Source: an uncultured virus (IMG/VR IMGVR_UViG_3300042860_003432) (Duplodnaviria > Heunggongvirae > Uroviricota > Caudoviricetes). From it: a stretch of 64,000 nt of DNA. The stretch lies in IMG/VR virus record IMGVR_UViG_3300042860_003432; one strand, given 5' to 3'. This document shows, piece by piece, positions 38,530 to 50,400 of the stretch; position 1 is the first letter of the stretch; every line of letters starts with the position of its first letter. The notes under the pieces are model-generated. The model searched no databases, was not told where the DNA came from, and saw only the letters and a list, made by a program, of their open reading frames with translations. The translations under genes and the position numbers were made by a program.

Positions 38530-39408
38530 TTACGTCATGTTCTTTTCTGCAAAGATTTTGTATTCATCTCTGTCAACACTCTTAACCGGCACAACTTCAC
38601 CGCTCAATCCAACAACGGCTACAGTATTTCCTTCAACATCTCTATATTCACCATATGGTTCCGCTCTCCAACCTTTTTTAGCGGCAAATTTCTTTGATAC
38701 AGAAGAATATTGTTCGGGAGGAGTTGTTACCACAGGAACGTCTATAGCGGGAGCGGCGGCTGAGGCTGGTGCGGCTGGTGCTTCCGAACTTGGTTCTTGT
38801 GAATACTTTCCTTTATAAGTAGGTCCAAGTTTTTTTGCGGCATATTTCAATAGCGCGTCACTTCTTGAATCTACATCCAAATCTTCTTCGGGAGCTTGCG
38901 ACTTTGGCTTAGAATCTTTTGGAGCATCCGAGGGAGTTCCTGTTTGTACAGTTTTTTTATTTGTTGGTTGCGCAACTGGCGCGGATTGTTTTGCTGTCTG
39001 ACCGGTATTAACTTGTTGATCTACAGAGGTTGTTGCCTGTGCCGTCTGTCGTCTTTGTTTTCCCTTGCGTTTATAGTAAAGATTCATACCACCCTTACCG
39101 TGGGTTGGGTCCGATACAGCGTGTGTTCCTTTTTTTATTGCAGCGTCACGATATTCTTTAGATGGAAATGTAACCAACCATCCTTCCTTGTTATAAGCTT
39201 GGCGGTCTGGATATTTTCCTTCTGCAAACATTGCCGTGTCGAGTAGATTTTCTGCTATTTCCTCGGTCAACCCAAATCGCACAGAGCGTTCTACAAAAAC
39301 AGCCAAGTGATCGGCGTTGTGTATATCAAATACTCCGGACGATATTCTATCGTCAGATTCGCAGTCAAGTATTACGTTTTCTATTAATTTTTCAATTTCA
39401 TTTTTCAT
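38530..39408 (-). CDS. Hypothetical protein
   Basis: 292-aa ORF coupled to its neighbours. Confidence 0.7.
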   Translation of the reverse strand: MKNEIEKLIENVILDCESDDRISSGVFDIHNADHLAVFVERSVRFGLTEEIAENLLDTAMFAEGKYPDRQAYNKEGWLVTFPSKEYRDAAIKKGTHAVSDPTHGKGGMNLYYKRKGKQRRQTAQATTSVDQQVNTGQTAKQSAPVAQPTNKKTVQTGTPSDAPKDSKPKSQAPEEDLDVDSRSDALLKYAAKKLGPTYKGKYSQEPSSEAPAAPASAAAPAIDVPVVTTPPEQYSSVSKKFAAKKGWRAEPYGEYRDVEGNTVAVVGLSGEVVPVKSVDRDEYKIFAEKNMT

Positions 39409-40805
39409 TGTACATCTCCGCTACTTTTTCGTTTGATAAGAACTGGTCCACTCTGCGCATAACCATAAAACATCCAGTCTCCAAACCAGTTTTCTAGATT
39501 TGATTCATATTCAAATGTGCCATTTTCTTTGAATAAAATAATTCCGCCAGTATAACTTCCCCCCGATGAGGATACAGCCTTGAGCATTTCACTTGCAACT
39601 TTAACTGGGTCGTAAATGTCTTTATCAACTTGGGGATGATATTTGAAAAACTCAAGTCTTTTTATTTGTGGAATTATTATTTCCATTTTTCTTGCTTGTT
39701 TTTCAATTGGAGATACTTTTATTTGAACAGTTGATCCTTCTGGTGCTGGTTCTTTTATCTTTTTTTCATTCTCTGCATCAAGGTCTTTCAATTTAAGAAC
39801 TTTTGTGCTATCGTCTAAATCAAATTCTACCTTCTCGGTACCAGTAACCGTTCCATATTCTTTTTCTGAAAGTCCTCTTACATATAATCGCAAAGTTTCT
39901 AAACCATATATTACAGAAACTCCCAAACTAAATAATGAAGGATTTTTTATAAAATCTTCGGTTGCAGTATAATCGCTTCTTTTCTTTCCTAGCGAGCCTA
40001 AACCGTCTTCTGCACCGGATTCTTTTAAAAGATCAATCAATGCTTCCTTATATTCATCTTTTCTACAATATTCCATGAGTTCTGTGAGTGCTCGTATGTA
40101 GGGAACTTTATCAAATCCTCCTCTACCGAATGCCGCAACGGTTATTCTAAAAATGTCAGAACCTTCTTTTACATCTATTTTTCTACCATCGGCCAGCAAA
40201 ATATCCCCAGACTTCGTTCCTGCACTTTTCGCGTCTTTGATCAACAATACAATTATATATTCTCCACGACCCGCAGAACCAGTAGAATCTACTTTTTTCG
40301 CCGACGATCTTGCACCGTCCAATGCTTTCATAAAGTTCAAGAAGTCCGATTGTTTTATTTTCTCGTTTATATAACTTACTGCACTTTCCGGCGTTTCATT
40401 ATCCAAGTGTTCAAGAAAATCCATTTTATTCTGTGCAGAAAGCTCATCCAATGCATCAATAATTTTTTCTGCGGAGTTTTGATTAAAACCTTTTTCTTGC
40501 GTGAGAAAATTTACATCCCATTTTGCCTTTGCGCCAAAAGTTTTATGCCATTTTTTAGCCGCTTGCCCCGACTTTATCATTTCTATGCTCGTTCCGTCTT
40601 GATACATCGGATGATTTTTTGCGATTAACGATCCTCCTTTATTTACAAAATATTTAGAAGCAAGTGGATTGATCTCATCTCGTTCTGCCAGTATTTCATT
40701 TAATATAGAAATATTTTCTGGGGTGTCATGTCCACTCGCCAAACCATCTGGCGAACGCATCGCCCATTCATTGAGAACATACTCTATAATCTTACTTTTT
40801 TCCAT
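39405..40805 (-). CDS. Hypothetical protein with PD-(D/E)xK-like motif
   Basis: GRGEY...GDI.....IDVK. Confidence 0.65.
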   Translation of the reverse strand: MEKSKIIEYVLNEWAMRSPDGLASGHDTPENISILNEILAERDEINPLASKYFVNKGGSLIAKNHPMYQDGTSIEMIKSGQAAKKWHKTFGAKAKWDVNFLTQEKGFNQNSAEKIIDALDELSAQNKMDFLEHLDNETPESAVSYINEKIKQSDFLNFMKALDGARSSAKKVDSTGSAGRGEYIIVLLIKDAKSAGTKSGDILLADGRKIDVKEGSDIFRITVAAFGRGGFDKVPYIRALTELMEYCRKDEYKEALIDLLKESGAEDGLGSLGKKRSDYTATEDFIKNPSLFSLGVSVIYGLETLRLYVRGLSEKEYGTVTGTEKVEFDLDDSTKVLKLKDLDAENEKKIKEPAPEGSTVQIKVSPIEKQARKMEIIIPQIKRLEFFKYHPQVDKDIYDPVKVASEMLKAVSSSGGSYTGGIILFKENGTFEYESNLENWFGDWMFYGYAQSGPVLIKRKSSGDVQ

Positions 40806-40851
40806 GATATATAAATATTCGTATATATGAGATATACGCTTATTATAAATA

Positions 40852-42219
40852 TTATATAGAGATCTGTTTCATATCACCATAATTCTTGCCTGCATATACT
40901 TTTACCGGAAACTTGTCGCGTTCCATTATGCTCTTTATTCTTTTTATAACAGGCATCTTATCGCTTTTATGAGCATCAAACAATATGCTATCGTATGTAT
41001 ATAGCACCGGCTTGGTTTGTTTATCATTTAGATAATTCATTAGTTCGCCAAGCACATCTACTGCCATTTCTGTCTCAAACGCCTGTAGTATATAGTTGAA
41101 TAGTTTATTGGGAGTAGGATCTTGAATATGACAATGTTTGATTTTTCTGCCATACTTTGGCGTTTCTATATATCCATTTTCCTCAAAGAACTTCCAGCGA
41201 TGGTCAATATATTCCTGCACCTTCTTTAGATATGGAATATGTATCCATTTCTTATCAATGCCGCCATATATCTGTGTAAATGTAAATCCTTTAGCGACAG
41301 CAATATCTTCGTCGGTTATATTGGACTTGTTGAAATAATACTTGGATAGATATGCGTATGGATTTTCAGCGGCGTCCATTTGGAAGTTGGATAAGTGAGC
41401 AATAAGACGCGGATGAAACGCATTATAGTCCATCATCACAAGCATACCATCGTCGCCATATCTGCTTACAAAGCAGTTTCTGCTACCATCATTCTTATTC
41501 AACGCCGCATAATTGACGCCGCCAAATCTATTAGAGGGTCTGCCAGTTGATGTAAGCAGGTTGTATTGCGAAAATACAAAATTGTTTTTGATATGGCGAT
41601 TTTGTTCCTCGCCGAAAATATCAGTAAAATCTTCATTCACGCACAATCCATTTGACTCTAACTTGGCAAACAAGTCAGTCATAACATTGTTGGTGAATAC
41701 AAATCCCTTCTCGCGAATATTAGACAAGTATATGTTCTTTATCTTCTGAACATTATTGGTGAATACTTTGGCGTGCTTATATACCGGCACACACTTGTTC
41801 AGATCAAACATATTCTTGAAATGAAAATCAATGAAACTGTGCGAGTTGGTCGTCTCAATTTCAGACGGCAGTTGGCCATTCTCAAGAAATCTAAACACAT
41901 CTATGTCTATGAAGTTATAATCCTCGCCAAACAACTGAACAATATTCTTCTTGTCCGAAACTATCTTGTTATGAAACTTGGCATTACGCAATACAACCTT
42001 GACGCTCTCAAGAATATTATCCAAGCAGATGCACTCGTTATGATCTATGGGCAAACACCAATAGTCGTCGCTGACATAAAAGTAGAAGAATAATAGTGAT
42101 ATGTTGTTGTTGGACACATGCTTTTGATTATCCAAACAAACAGCACTGATATAAACGTGTTCAGAGTTTATGATTGAACACAGATTGTTATAGTCTTCGG
42201 TTGTTTCTACAATATGCAC
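40852..42219 (-). CDS. Family A DNA polymerase-like protein
   Basis: TSTGRPSN, motif A MDYNAFHPRL, motif B KGFTFTQIYG, NYILQA, motif C YTYDSILFD. Confidence 0.85.
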   Translation of the reverse strand: MHIVETTEDYNNLCSIINSEHVYISAVCLDNQKHVSNNNISLLFFYFYVSDDYWCLPIDHNECICLDNILESVKVVLRNAKFHNKIVSDKKNIVQLFGEDYNFIDIDVFRFLENGQLPSEIETTNSHSFIDFHFKNMFDLNKCVPVYKHAKVFTNNVQKIKNIYLSNIREKGFVFTNNVMTDLFAKLESNGLCVNEDFTDIFGEEQNRHIKNNFVFSQYNLLTSTGRPSNRFGGVNYAALNKNDGSRNCFVSRYGDDGMLVMMDYNAFHPRLIAHLSNFQMDAAENPYAYLSKYYFNKSNITDEDIAVAKGFTFTQIYGGIDKKWIHIPYLKKVQEYIDHRWKFFEENGYIETPKYGRKIKHCHIQDPTPNKLFNYILQAFETEMAVDVLGELMNYLNDKQTKPVLYTYDSILFDAHKSDKMPVIKRIKSIMERDKFPVKVYAGKNYGDMKQISI

Positions 42220-42259
42220 ATGAGCAATATGGCATATCTGCGAACAATGTCAACTTATT

Positions 42260-42649
42260 TTAGTTACCTCTCCAATACTCAAGCGGGTTGTTCAATACTC
42301 CAGAAAGATCTATACCTTCTTCTTTTTTTATTCTATCTATCTCAAACCTATTTTGCTCAGTTACGCCAGCTTTGTCAAGAATGTTGCCTTTATATATGTT
42401 ATTCTTTGGTCCAGTAATTTTCCACTTTACTTGGACTGTTTTATACAAATTTAAATTAATAGAAGATTTATCCACATAAGATATTTCATTAATCACGTTT
42501 TCATTTATCTTTTTTACAAATACGCGAGTAATATATCCCTTGTTATAATCTTCGGGGGATGGTTTTGGTTTGGTGATTAAAATATTTGTTATTTCACCAA
42601 TCTCTGGAAACGTGCCGTACTGACTAGGTAATGTTTGATTGTATATCAT
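42260..42649 (-). CDS. Hypothetical tail-module protein
   Basis: P.PEDYNKGYITR.F, WKITG; overlaps the upstream stop. Confidence 0.65.
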   Translation of the reverse strand: MIYNQTLPSQYGTFPEIGEITNILITKPKPSPEDYNKGYITRVFVKKINENVINEISYVDKSSINLNLYKTVQVKWKITGPKNNIYKGNILDKAGVTEQNRFEIDRIKKEEGIDLSGVLNNPLEYWRGN

Positions 42650-44952
42650 AATACTGTGAGTGGTCTTACCTGTGCAACTAGTGTAGTAATCCACATTTTA
42701 TCTTCAATATTTTGCTTGACATCTGATATTTGCCATACCGCATTTTCAAAATTATATGCTTCTGGTGCATGGTCTATCAAAAATTGAGAAAGATAGTTTA
42801 CACCCGATATTCCCAATAGTTCCAACGTCAGTGTGGTTCCTGGCATTATTGCATTATTCAAGTATGGAGATTTTTTATTTGGCAGTTTCAAGATATAATT
42901 CAAAAATGTAGAATTTTTTTCACATATAAAATATTCTAGATCTTTCTTTGGGTTATTTTTATCTTGTGCATAATATACATAAAAAGCATTTTTGTTTTTA
43001 TTGCTGCGAGTTTGACGTTTCTTTACAAGTTCGTCCTGTTTTTTGATATGAGCATCAACGGCACTTTCAGATGGAGTATTTCCCGATACAACCACCGTTG
43101 GTAGTTCTCCTTTTCTATATAATCTGTCTCCTGCGGAATACCTGCTTACTATAGGTGTAGCAGCGACATTTTTTGTCTGCGTGGATCCATCTGGATCTTG
43201 TTCCGGGTTTGCACTTTGCATTACCAACTGATTCATCATTTCCGAACTAAGCTTTACATCAAACGACGCGGCTCGCAAAAATGCAGAATCTATCGCACCA
43301 AGAGTTATTATTGGCAAATTTTTTGCATCATTTTTTACGGCTATACCTGGCAAATTTTCGTCATAAACGGAATATTTTCTGTTTCCATATTCGGCGGGTA
43401 TTAGTTTAAGTTGACATATCTGGCATAATGACTGGTTTATTCCTTGCAACAGTTCTTCTATTAGTTTTAATACGGAATCATTTTTTTTAACCAGCGCTCT
43501 AAAATATTCTTCATTTATAAATAAATCTTTTAGAAGTCCCCAATATCCCGCTTTTAGATTTTGCGCAACCTTGCCGTCAGAATCAAGAACTTGCTCGTCT
43601 CGATACACCGGAAATGATTCTCCATTTGGATTTATTATTTCTTGCAAATTGTCAAATTTTGTTGTGTCTAAATAATATTCTTTTAAGATATCTTCTACTT
43701 TATCTTTAAACAGAAGGTTATATTTTTCATCTTCTGGTTTATAATTATTGGCTGTGCCTTCACCTTTATTTTCTTCAAATACAAACCTAGGAGCATACCT
43801 ATTTGGTACCAATACATTCGTGTTGGCCGATTTCAATAACGGATTTGCGCAAACTCTCGTTTCCAATATATCAAGTTCACGTATAATTGCATTTTGCGTT
43901 CCACGCATTTCAATTTTAAAAAATGCATTAATTATGTCCTGTACTAAATCCATCCTCAACCAAAAATTTGGAGTATTCTTTGATATCGGAGTATCTTGTA
44001 TTCTAAATACTCTTTTTTCTTCTTCAAAGGTCTTGTCACCGATCCTCAATTCTTTTCTTAGTTGTTTATACTTATCTTCCTTAGAATCTATGTTTTTCAT
44101 GTTATCGTTTGCAAAAGAATGAAAACTTTTTACCGAAAGATAGTCCTGTTGCTGTTTTATGGTAACATCTTTGTTTGCGATTTGTTCGCCTTCTATAAGT
44201 TTATTTGCATTAATTAATGTAGTATGACAGTCATATCCACCATTATCATTCATCTTAAACCCGTAATCTACGATAAACCCCAGCCCAGCGTCATAATTTC
44301 CGTTGGATTTTTTTATATATTCGAGCGTATAACTTGGGTCAACAAACATTTGATTTATCCAGTCTAGGTCGGTCAAATCTACTAATGATACTGTATCATA
44401 ATTGTTCCATCCCCATTCAATTAAACAAGTTATTCTCGGAGTTAAAAAATATGGAATAAGATAATTCAATTGCGCGAGAGAATAACATTTCCAATTTATG
44501 GTTATTTTTCTACATAAGCTGGGGAAACTAGAATTTGTTCCGCTGAATTCACAAGACACCGACTCTAAGCTAGGTGGTGGACGGTGTGGAAAATCCGTTC
44601 TCTGTTTTAATTGTTGGTTTGGTCCAAGAGCAGAAGATTTATCAAACGGTATTTGATGTGGATTTCCCCTTGCGTCTACTCCTATAGTAATTTTTCCATC
44701 TGCGTTAAATCCATAACTTTCATTAAACCCGTATGTTCCTCCCAAAACAAAACCGTCTTTACCTTTAGCATCTGGTAGCGAAGATATCCCATTTGAAAAA
44801 AATCTCGCCCATGCAGTTCTCGGTCCACTATATGGTTTAGCTTCTGTCGGGGTAGGGTTTTGCCCATATTCTCGTGCCCTTCGTTTAAGCTCATCTACTA
44901 CCCACGGTGATAGTGGATGCAATCCCCACGGTACTACAGTTACGTTGCTCAT
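42646..44952 (-). CDS. Putative baseplate hub protein
   Basis: Position after the LysM-like gene; IEWGW motif; C-terminal TLELLGISG...WITTL. Confidence 0.55.
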   Translation of the reverse strand: MSNVTVVPWGLHPLSPWVVDELKRRAREYGQNPTPTEAKPYSGPRTAWARFFSNGISSLPDAKGKDGFVLGGTYGFNESYGFNADGKITIGVDARGNPHQIPFDKSSALGPNQQLKQRTDFPHRPPPSLESVSCEFSGTNSSFPSLCRKITINWKCYSLAQLNYLIPYFLTPRITCLIEWGWNNYDTVSLVDLTDLDWINQMFVDPSYTLEYIKKSNGNYDAGLGFIVDYGFKMNDNGGYDCHTTLINANKLIEGEQIANKDVTIKQQQDYLSVKSFHSFANDNMKNIDSKEDKYKQLRKELRIGDKTFEEEKRVFRIQDTPISKNTPNFWLRMDLVQDIINAFFKIEMRGTQNAIIRELDILETRVCANPLLKSANTNVLVPNRYAPRFVFEENKGEGTANNYKPEDEKYNLLFKDKVEDILKEYYLDTTKFDNLQEIINPNGESFPVYRDEQVLDSDGKVAQNLKAGYWGLLKDLFINEEYFRALVKKNDSVLKLIEELLQGINQSLCQICQLKLIPAEYGNRKYSVYDENLPGIAVKNDAKNLPIITLGAIDSAFLRAASFDVKLSSEMMNQLVMQSANPEQDPDGSTQTKNVAATPIVSRYSAGDRLYRKGELPTVVVSGNTPSESAVDAHIKKQDELVKKRQTRSNKNKNAFYVYYAQDKNNPKKDLEYFICEKNSTFLNYILKLPNKKSPYLNNAIMPGTTLTLELLGISGVNYLSQFLIDHAPEAYNFENAVWQISDVKQNIEDKMWITTLVAQVRPLTVL

Positions 44953-44957
44953 AACAA

Positions 44958-45260
44958 TTATGTGTTGTTTTCTCTTCTAAATTTTAGAATAATATTATCT
45001 ATGTTTTGTGGTATTCTTATTTGTTGTCCTGTGGGTGCCTTGAGTGTTGCTTTTACGCCATTTGCTTGAGCAAGTACCCACCACAAAGTACTATCATTAT
45101 AAAACCTGTGTGCAAGGTTGTCAAGATAATCTGTTTCATTTGCTACAATATATATGTCGTTCGCAGCAACAGGTATTTTTGGATATCTAGTTGTTTTAAA
45201 TACGCGCTTACCATCATAGCGTTTAAAAACATTAGTTTCATTTTCAATATATCTATTCAT
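44958..45260 (-). CDS. LysM-like baseplate wedge protein (gp53/tail X-like)
   Basis: DYLDNLAHRFYNDSTLWWVLAQAN...GQQIRIP. Confidence 0.8.
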   Translation of the reverse strand: MNRYIENETNVFKRYDGKRVFKTTRYPKIPVAANDIYIVANETDYLDNLAHRFYNDSTLWWVLAQANGVKATLKAPTGQQIRIPQNIDNIILKFRRENNT

Positions 45261-45261
45261 A

Positions 45262-47391
45262 TTACAATGTACTCCATCCTACTTGAGGACCAAAGTGATA
45301 ATTTTTTGTCTGTGATTGTTCTCTTTCAATGACACTTAGTTGTACCGATACATCTATCATGGTTGGAAGCTGTCGAGAATATACATTATCTTGCGTTATG
45401 GTTTTTTCTTTTCCGTATACATACGTATATTTGTTATCTCTTAGTGTTTCCCAGTGCGCGTCGTCTGGAACGGTTACGCCTACGCTTCTTAATATAGCTG
45501 GCTGGTCTACGTATAAGTCTCCTATTCTGAATTCAATCATAGGCGGATATATAAATCCACTTTCTCTCCCCGTGGTTGCAGTGTCTGGATCTTCTGATAG
45601 TAAGATTTCTTCATTAGTAACTATTGCTCTGTCTGTGTATTTACTTGGTCTAGTTAATCCTACTAAATAATTAACTCTTTCCCAGTTAGGGACCAACTCG
45701 TATATACTATTTGCGTATACTCTAAAATTAAAACTTAAGTCTCTGCTAAACCCTTTATATACAAAAAGCTTGTCTGCACGACCCATGTATTTAATGTCAT
45801 CCCAATCAGCAGTATTGTTATCTTGTATGCTTCCGAGAGTGGCTCTAAATGGAATATAAATTTGATTAATCAAGTCGTAAAAGTAAAAGAAAATAAGGTC
45901 TCTTGACTGATTCGATCCTTGGGCCAAAAATAACTCATCTATGTCTCCAGTTGGAGTCAATAAGTTGTAATCGTCCGGCGTTCCTGTTTCATTAAGTTTT
46001 TTTGACGCTTTTGCAAACCCTCTGTTGTCTATTCTTATTTCATTTACTATTCCACCTTGTTCTCTCAAATATTTTAAATACGGACCTTCTGCTACAGATG
46101 ATTTATCAACTACGGTAGGTTGTGCACCTGTTCCATTTGGAATAGACTCATAATTATTGTTACTGTTGACTCCTATTATCGGATTTTCTGTGTATCTTTC
46201 CGCAGAAGATCTAAATTGACCGCCTCCCGTAGTTTGATTGTATGGTAGCATTGCGACCACCATTTTTGAATACAAATCTTTTAAATTATTATATGCCGGT
46301 CTCCCGATTGCGCGGTCAATTTCAAAATCGGTTATTCCGACGGAATCCATTTGTATCTTTACACTAGGTGCATATTGTGTGGAAGTATCTCTAGGATCTT
46401 GTTTTGCTGGATAGTATTTGTGATAATCGGATGCACCTAAATTTCCTATAGGAGATGTACCTCCAGTTTGTGTACCCGTTGTTGCATATCTATCATTATA
46501 AAAGGTCTGCGGTTGATTATATGCTGTGGTTTTTAATAGCCCCGATCTATCGTTTAAAAATGAATAATAAATACCTTCTTTTCCGGTTTCATACTCTGGT
46601 CTATATTTCCATGTTTCTCCGACACTTCCTCCAAATGCCCCAAGTGGATTCGTACTTGGTATAAGTTTGCGAAGTTTATCCACCAGTCCGCTTGCCAACT
46701 TTTGTAAAAATCCTCCTCCATTATCATTTTGACCAGCATTTGATGCCCAAATTTCATTAAAATTTGAAACAGCTTTTGACGCAGTGGGGTATCTTAGCAA
46801 CCCATATTTTGCTCCACCTCTTTTACTTGCATATTCAGAATATGGAACTCCATTTTCTCCAGTAGCAGTACCATCCAGTCTCGGTTTTTCCGAGTCTTTG
46901 GTAGAAAACCCAAACGTACTTAATAGAGAATCTTTGAAGAAGTTTAGCAACCCTCCGCTTGTTTCCAAATGTCTTTGTGGATATCCTATTAACCCAAGCG
47001 AACCGGGTCTTGCCGTTGCTTTCAATAAACTTAATGGATTATAGATTCTTGTTTCGTTGAATGCGTTTTGCTGCTGAAGTAATAATTGTTTCCCCGTGTA
47101 TAATAAACCAATACCGCTTGTTGAAAACTTTGTCATTCTTATGACATCTCTTGCGGTAGAACCTACGGGAAATGCTGTCGTGTCGTATCTAGTTAAATTC
47201 TTTTGAAAGTTTGAGTCAGTAAGCTTCGTGTATATATAAGGCTGGTTAGATCCAATATCCCCACCAGCTTGATAATATGGACTAAACTTATTATATAAAT
47301 TATATTCATTCTTTTGGAATGCTATCAGATTTTGCGCAGGTGTACTTCGCTGTATAGGTGATAGTGGAGCTAAAAATGTATTGTCTGCCAT
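45262..47391 (-). CDS. Putative tail tube initiator / baseplate protein
   Basis: C-terminal FRATL..IQD...W...YMGRA...YKGFSRDLSF; follows tape measure. Confidence 0.6.
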   Translation of the reverse strand: MADNTFLAPLSPIQRSTPAQNLIAFQKNEYNLYNKFSPYYQAGGDIGSNQPYIYTKLTDSNFQKNLTRYDTTAFPVGSTARDVIRMTKFSTSGIGLLYTGKQLLLQQQNAFNETRIYNPLSLLKATARPGSLGLIGYPQRHLETSGGLLNFFKDSLLSTFGFSTKDSEKPRLDGTATGENGVPYSEYASKRGGAKYGLLRYPTASKAVSNFNEIWASNAGQNDNGGGFLQKLASGLVDKLRKLIPSTNPLGAFGGSVGETWKYRPEYETGKEGIYYSFLNDRSGLLKTTAYNQPQTFYNDRYATTGTQTGGTSPIGNLGASDYHKYYPAKQDPRDTSTQYAPSVKIQMDSVGITDFEIDRAIGRPAYNNLKDLYSKMVVAMLPYNQTTGGGQFRSSAERYTENPIIGVNSNNNYESIPNGTGAQPTVVDKSSVAEGPYLKYLREQGGIVNEIRIDNRGFAKASKKLNETGTPDDYNLLTPTGDIDELFLAQGSNQSRDLIFFYFYDLINQIYIPFRATLGSIQDNNTADWDDIKYMGRADKLFVYKGFSRDLSFNFRVYANSIYELVPNWERVNYLVGLTRPSKYTDRAIVTNEEILLSEDPDTATTGRESGFIYPPMIEFRIGDLYVDQPAILRSVGVTVPDDAHWETLRDNKYTYVYGKEKTITQDNVYSRQLPTMIDVSVQLSVIEREQSQTKNYHFGPQVGWSTL

Positions 47392-47403
47392 AAGTTATAA
47401 ATA

Positions 47404-50400
47404 TTAAGATGTCTTGGCCAATGTTCTAGAAACTAACGCTCCGTCCATATTAACCGCGATTGCGCCATCTTTTAGTAGACCAATAAGTTCATCTAATTTT
47501 TCGATCATCGCGTTTTGATTATTGTTTACATTAACCACCGGAGATGCTCCGCCCGCCGTTCCTCCAAGTTTTGATATTGCTTCAATAAGTTTATTTATTG
47601 TTTCTTTAAGCTCATCGAGGTTTTTAACTTCGACTGCCATCGCAACTTGCTTTTCAACATTAACCGTTGCTTCAGTATTTACTGCTGCCGTGGCATCTCC
47701 TCCGCCAAACAATTTACCAATAACGGGAATATTTGTAATAAATTCTGATGCTTTTTTAAACGGTGAGATTAACAAGTCAAATACTCCGCCCATAATATTC
47801 TTTATACCATTTATGATAGAATCGCCAAGAGAACCGTCTCCTCCAAATATCCTAGATATAAAATTTACTACAGCTTTAAATGGCGAAGTAAGTGCATCCA
47901 ACACCATACGTCCGACCGATTTTATACCGTCAACTATTCCAAGTCCTATTTGCGATGGGGACTTCCCCATCAGTTTCTTTTTAATCCAATTATATCCATT
48001 CGAAAATGGTTCTATCAACGCATCTAATAACATTCCTCCTATAGATTTTATTCCATCGACTATTCCAAGTCCTATCTCCGATGGAGAATTTCCCAAAAAT
48101 TTTTCCGAAATCCATTCATAAACTCCAATAAATGGAAACATGAGATATGTAAATATTTTTTTTGCGCTTGCTTTAAAGCCATCAATCATACCATCTGTTA
48201 AATCTACACCAAACATTTTTAATATCCACGCTCCAATATCTATAAGCGGAGAAACTATTACGTCGAATATAGCACCCGGCACAGCTTTAAGAGACGCAAT
48301 TATTTTTTGACCAATACTCAAATTATCGTCGGTCCATATACTAAACAAGCTTGTTCCCAACTCCCACAATATTTGAATTGCAGTTATAACTTGTCCTATG
48401 CCAGGTATAGCTTTTGCGAATAATCCAACAAATCTGCCTACGGAACCAAATATTTTTCCAAATACTCCAAACACTTTTGTCACTGGTCCTAGGTGCTGAC
48501 CAATTCCACCAACTGCACCAAAAAGTTTAGGTACAACATCAAGCCCAGATTTCACAAATGTAATTGCTCTTTTTATATTATCAAACCCATTTAATATCCG
48601 AGCAAAACCTATAGACGCTGCACTTCCTAAATTTTTTATGTAATCAACGAAATTTTTTATATAACCAATATTCATGAGTACCGATCTACCAAAATTAGAA
48701 AAATATCCAACTATATCTTTAAATACTTTTAATTCCGTGAATAATTTTCCAGAGATTATGCCCAAGAACATAAATCCTCTTACTACCAAGCTAACCAATT
48801 CTCCAAGTTTTTCCGCATAAGGAATAATTTTTTCCACCCCTTCTCCTATCTTTGTCATTATTTTTTCCAACGTCAGTCCGCCTTCTTCTCCAGATCTTAA
48901 TTTACTTACAAATTTATCAAACGGAGATAAAAATCCACGAATTATTGCCGTAATAATTTTAAACGTTGCTCCGAGTAATCTTGCAGCAATTATTATTGGT
49001 GGCATTATTGTATTTGCTATGGCAAGAAGAGAATCTGATATGTCTGTCCAAATTCCAGAAAATGCGTTGGTAAGTTTATTAATCTCTCCTTGCATTAATT
49101 GTTGTTTTGCCATTTCTTCTGCTTGTTTTTCCAGATCCGCCGCCGCAGCTTTTTCATTTTCCTTTATTTTTTGCTGCATTTCCATGTACTTTTTATACAA
49201 TTCTGGTTTTGTCTGTTCTAATTTCGCGAGAAGTTTTTGTTGATTTTGCTGCTTAATTATTTCGGCAGTTGTCATTCCTGCCGCTTTAGCAAGTGCTTCT
49301 TGTTGATATACATTTAATCCTGTAAAGTCTCCTGCCTTTTCAATCTGCTTAAGTGCAAGCTCTCTGGACTTTACTACATCTCTGGCATATGCGGCTGCTC
49401 TGGCTTCTTGGAAATTTAACGATTTTCCAATTAATGCAGAAGCTTCAAGCTCGCTCGTAATAGAATCTTGATAATTAAGAAACCCTCTCGCAGATTTTGA
49501 TAACGAATTTACCGTAGTTCCCAATCTTCTTGCTTCTACGGTAGCACGTATAAGAGCCATAGGACTCTTGGCAAGAAATGCAAGAGTATCTTCTGATGCG
49601 TTTGCCATATCATTCAATACTGCTCTTGGTGCTACTCCGCCCATTTCAGCCAAAGCCACAGCAGATTTTATCATCGAGTCTCCAGAACTTCCTACAGATT
49701 GAGAAATAGATTCAAACAACCCCTTGAATTTTGCAGCATCTTTTACATTAAGTCCAAGATTCGCCGCGACCTTTGCAGTATTTGCAATTACTTCTTCTGT
49801 TACAAGTCCTATGACTTGAAATTCTTCAGTAAGTGCCTGTCCAATTTCATACAATTCTTTCAATCCCACGCCCAAATTTGCCATCTGCACATTTACTCGT
49901 CTAACTGCATTGTCTAAATTTTTAGTTTGACTGACCAAAAATCCAGTAGTTTGTCTAAAATTAAACGCAGCTACATCAAGTTCTTTCCATCTCGCCAACG
50001 ATGCGTTTAACATTGCCAACCAAGCGGCCATTCCGCCTTTAGAAATATCCGATAAAAATTTTTTTACTTTGCCATATTCTTCTGCGTTCGCGCTGACAAA
50101 CTGCTCAATTTCTTGAGTCGTTCTAATTAAGTTTTTTGTTATTTTTAGTTGATCTTCTAAAGTTTTAAGTTCATCTTTTTCGGTTTTTAGACGGCGAGCT
50201 ATATCTTCAGCCACAGCCTTTCCGCCTGCAATTTTCTTCGTTAGTATAGATTGTATATAATCTTCTATTTTTTCTTCTCGCTGCTTTGCGACGAGTGTAT
50301 CTTTAATTGTTTGTATTTCTCGTCTTCTGGCCGCTGCTGTTCTTTCTGTAATTTTTCCGGAAGCTATTTCTTGCTGAAATTGTCTTTCTTTCCAGGTAAG

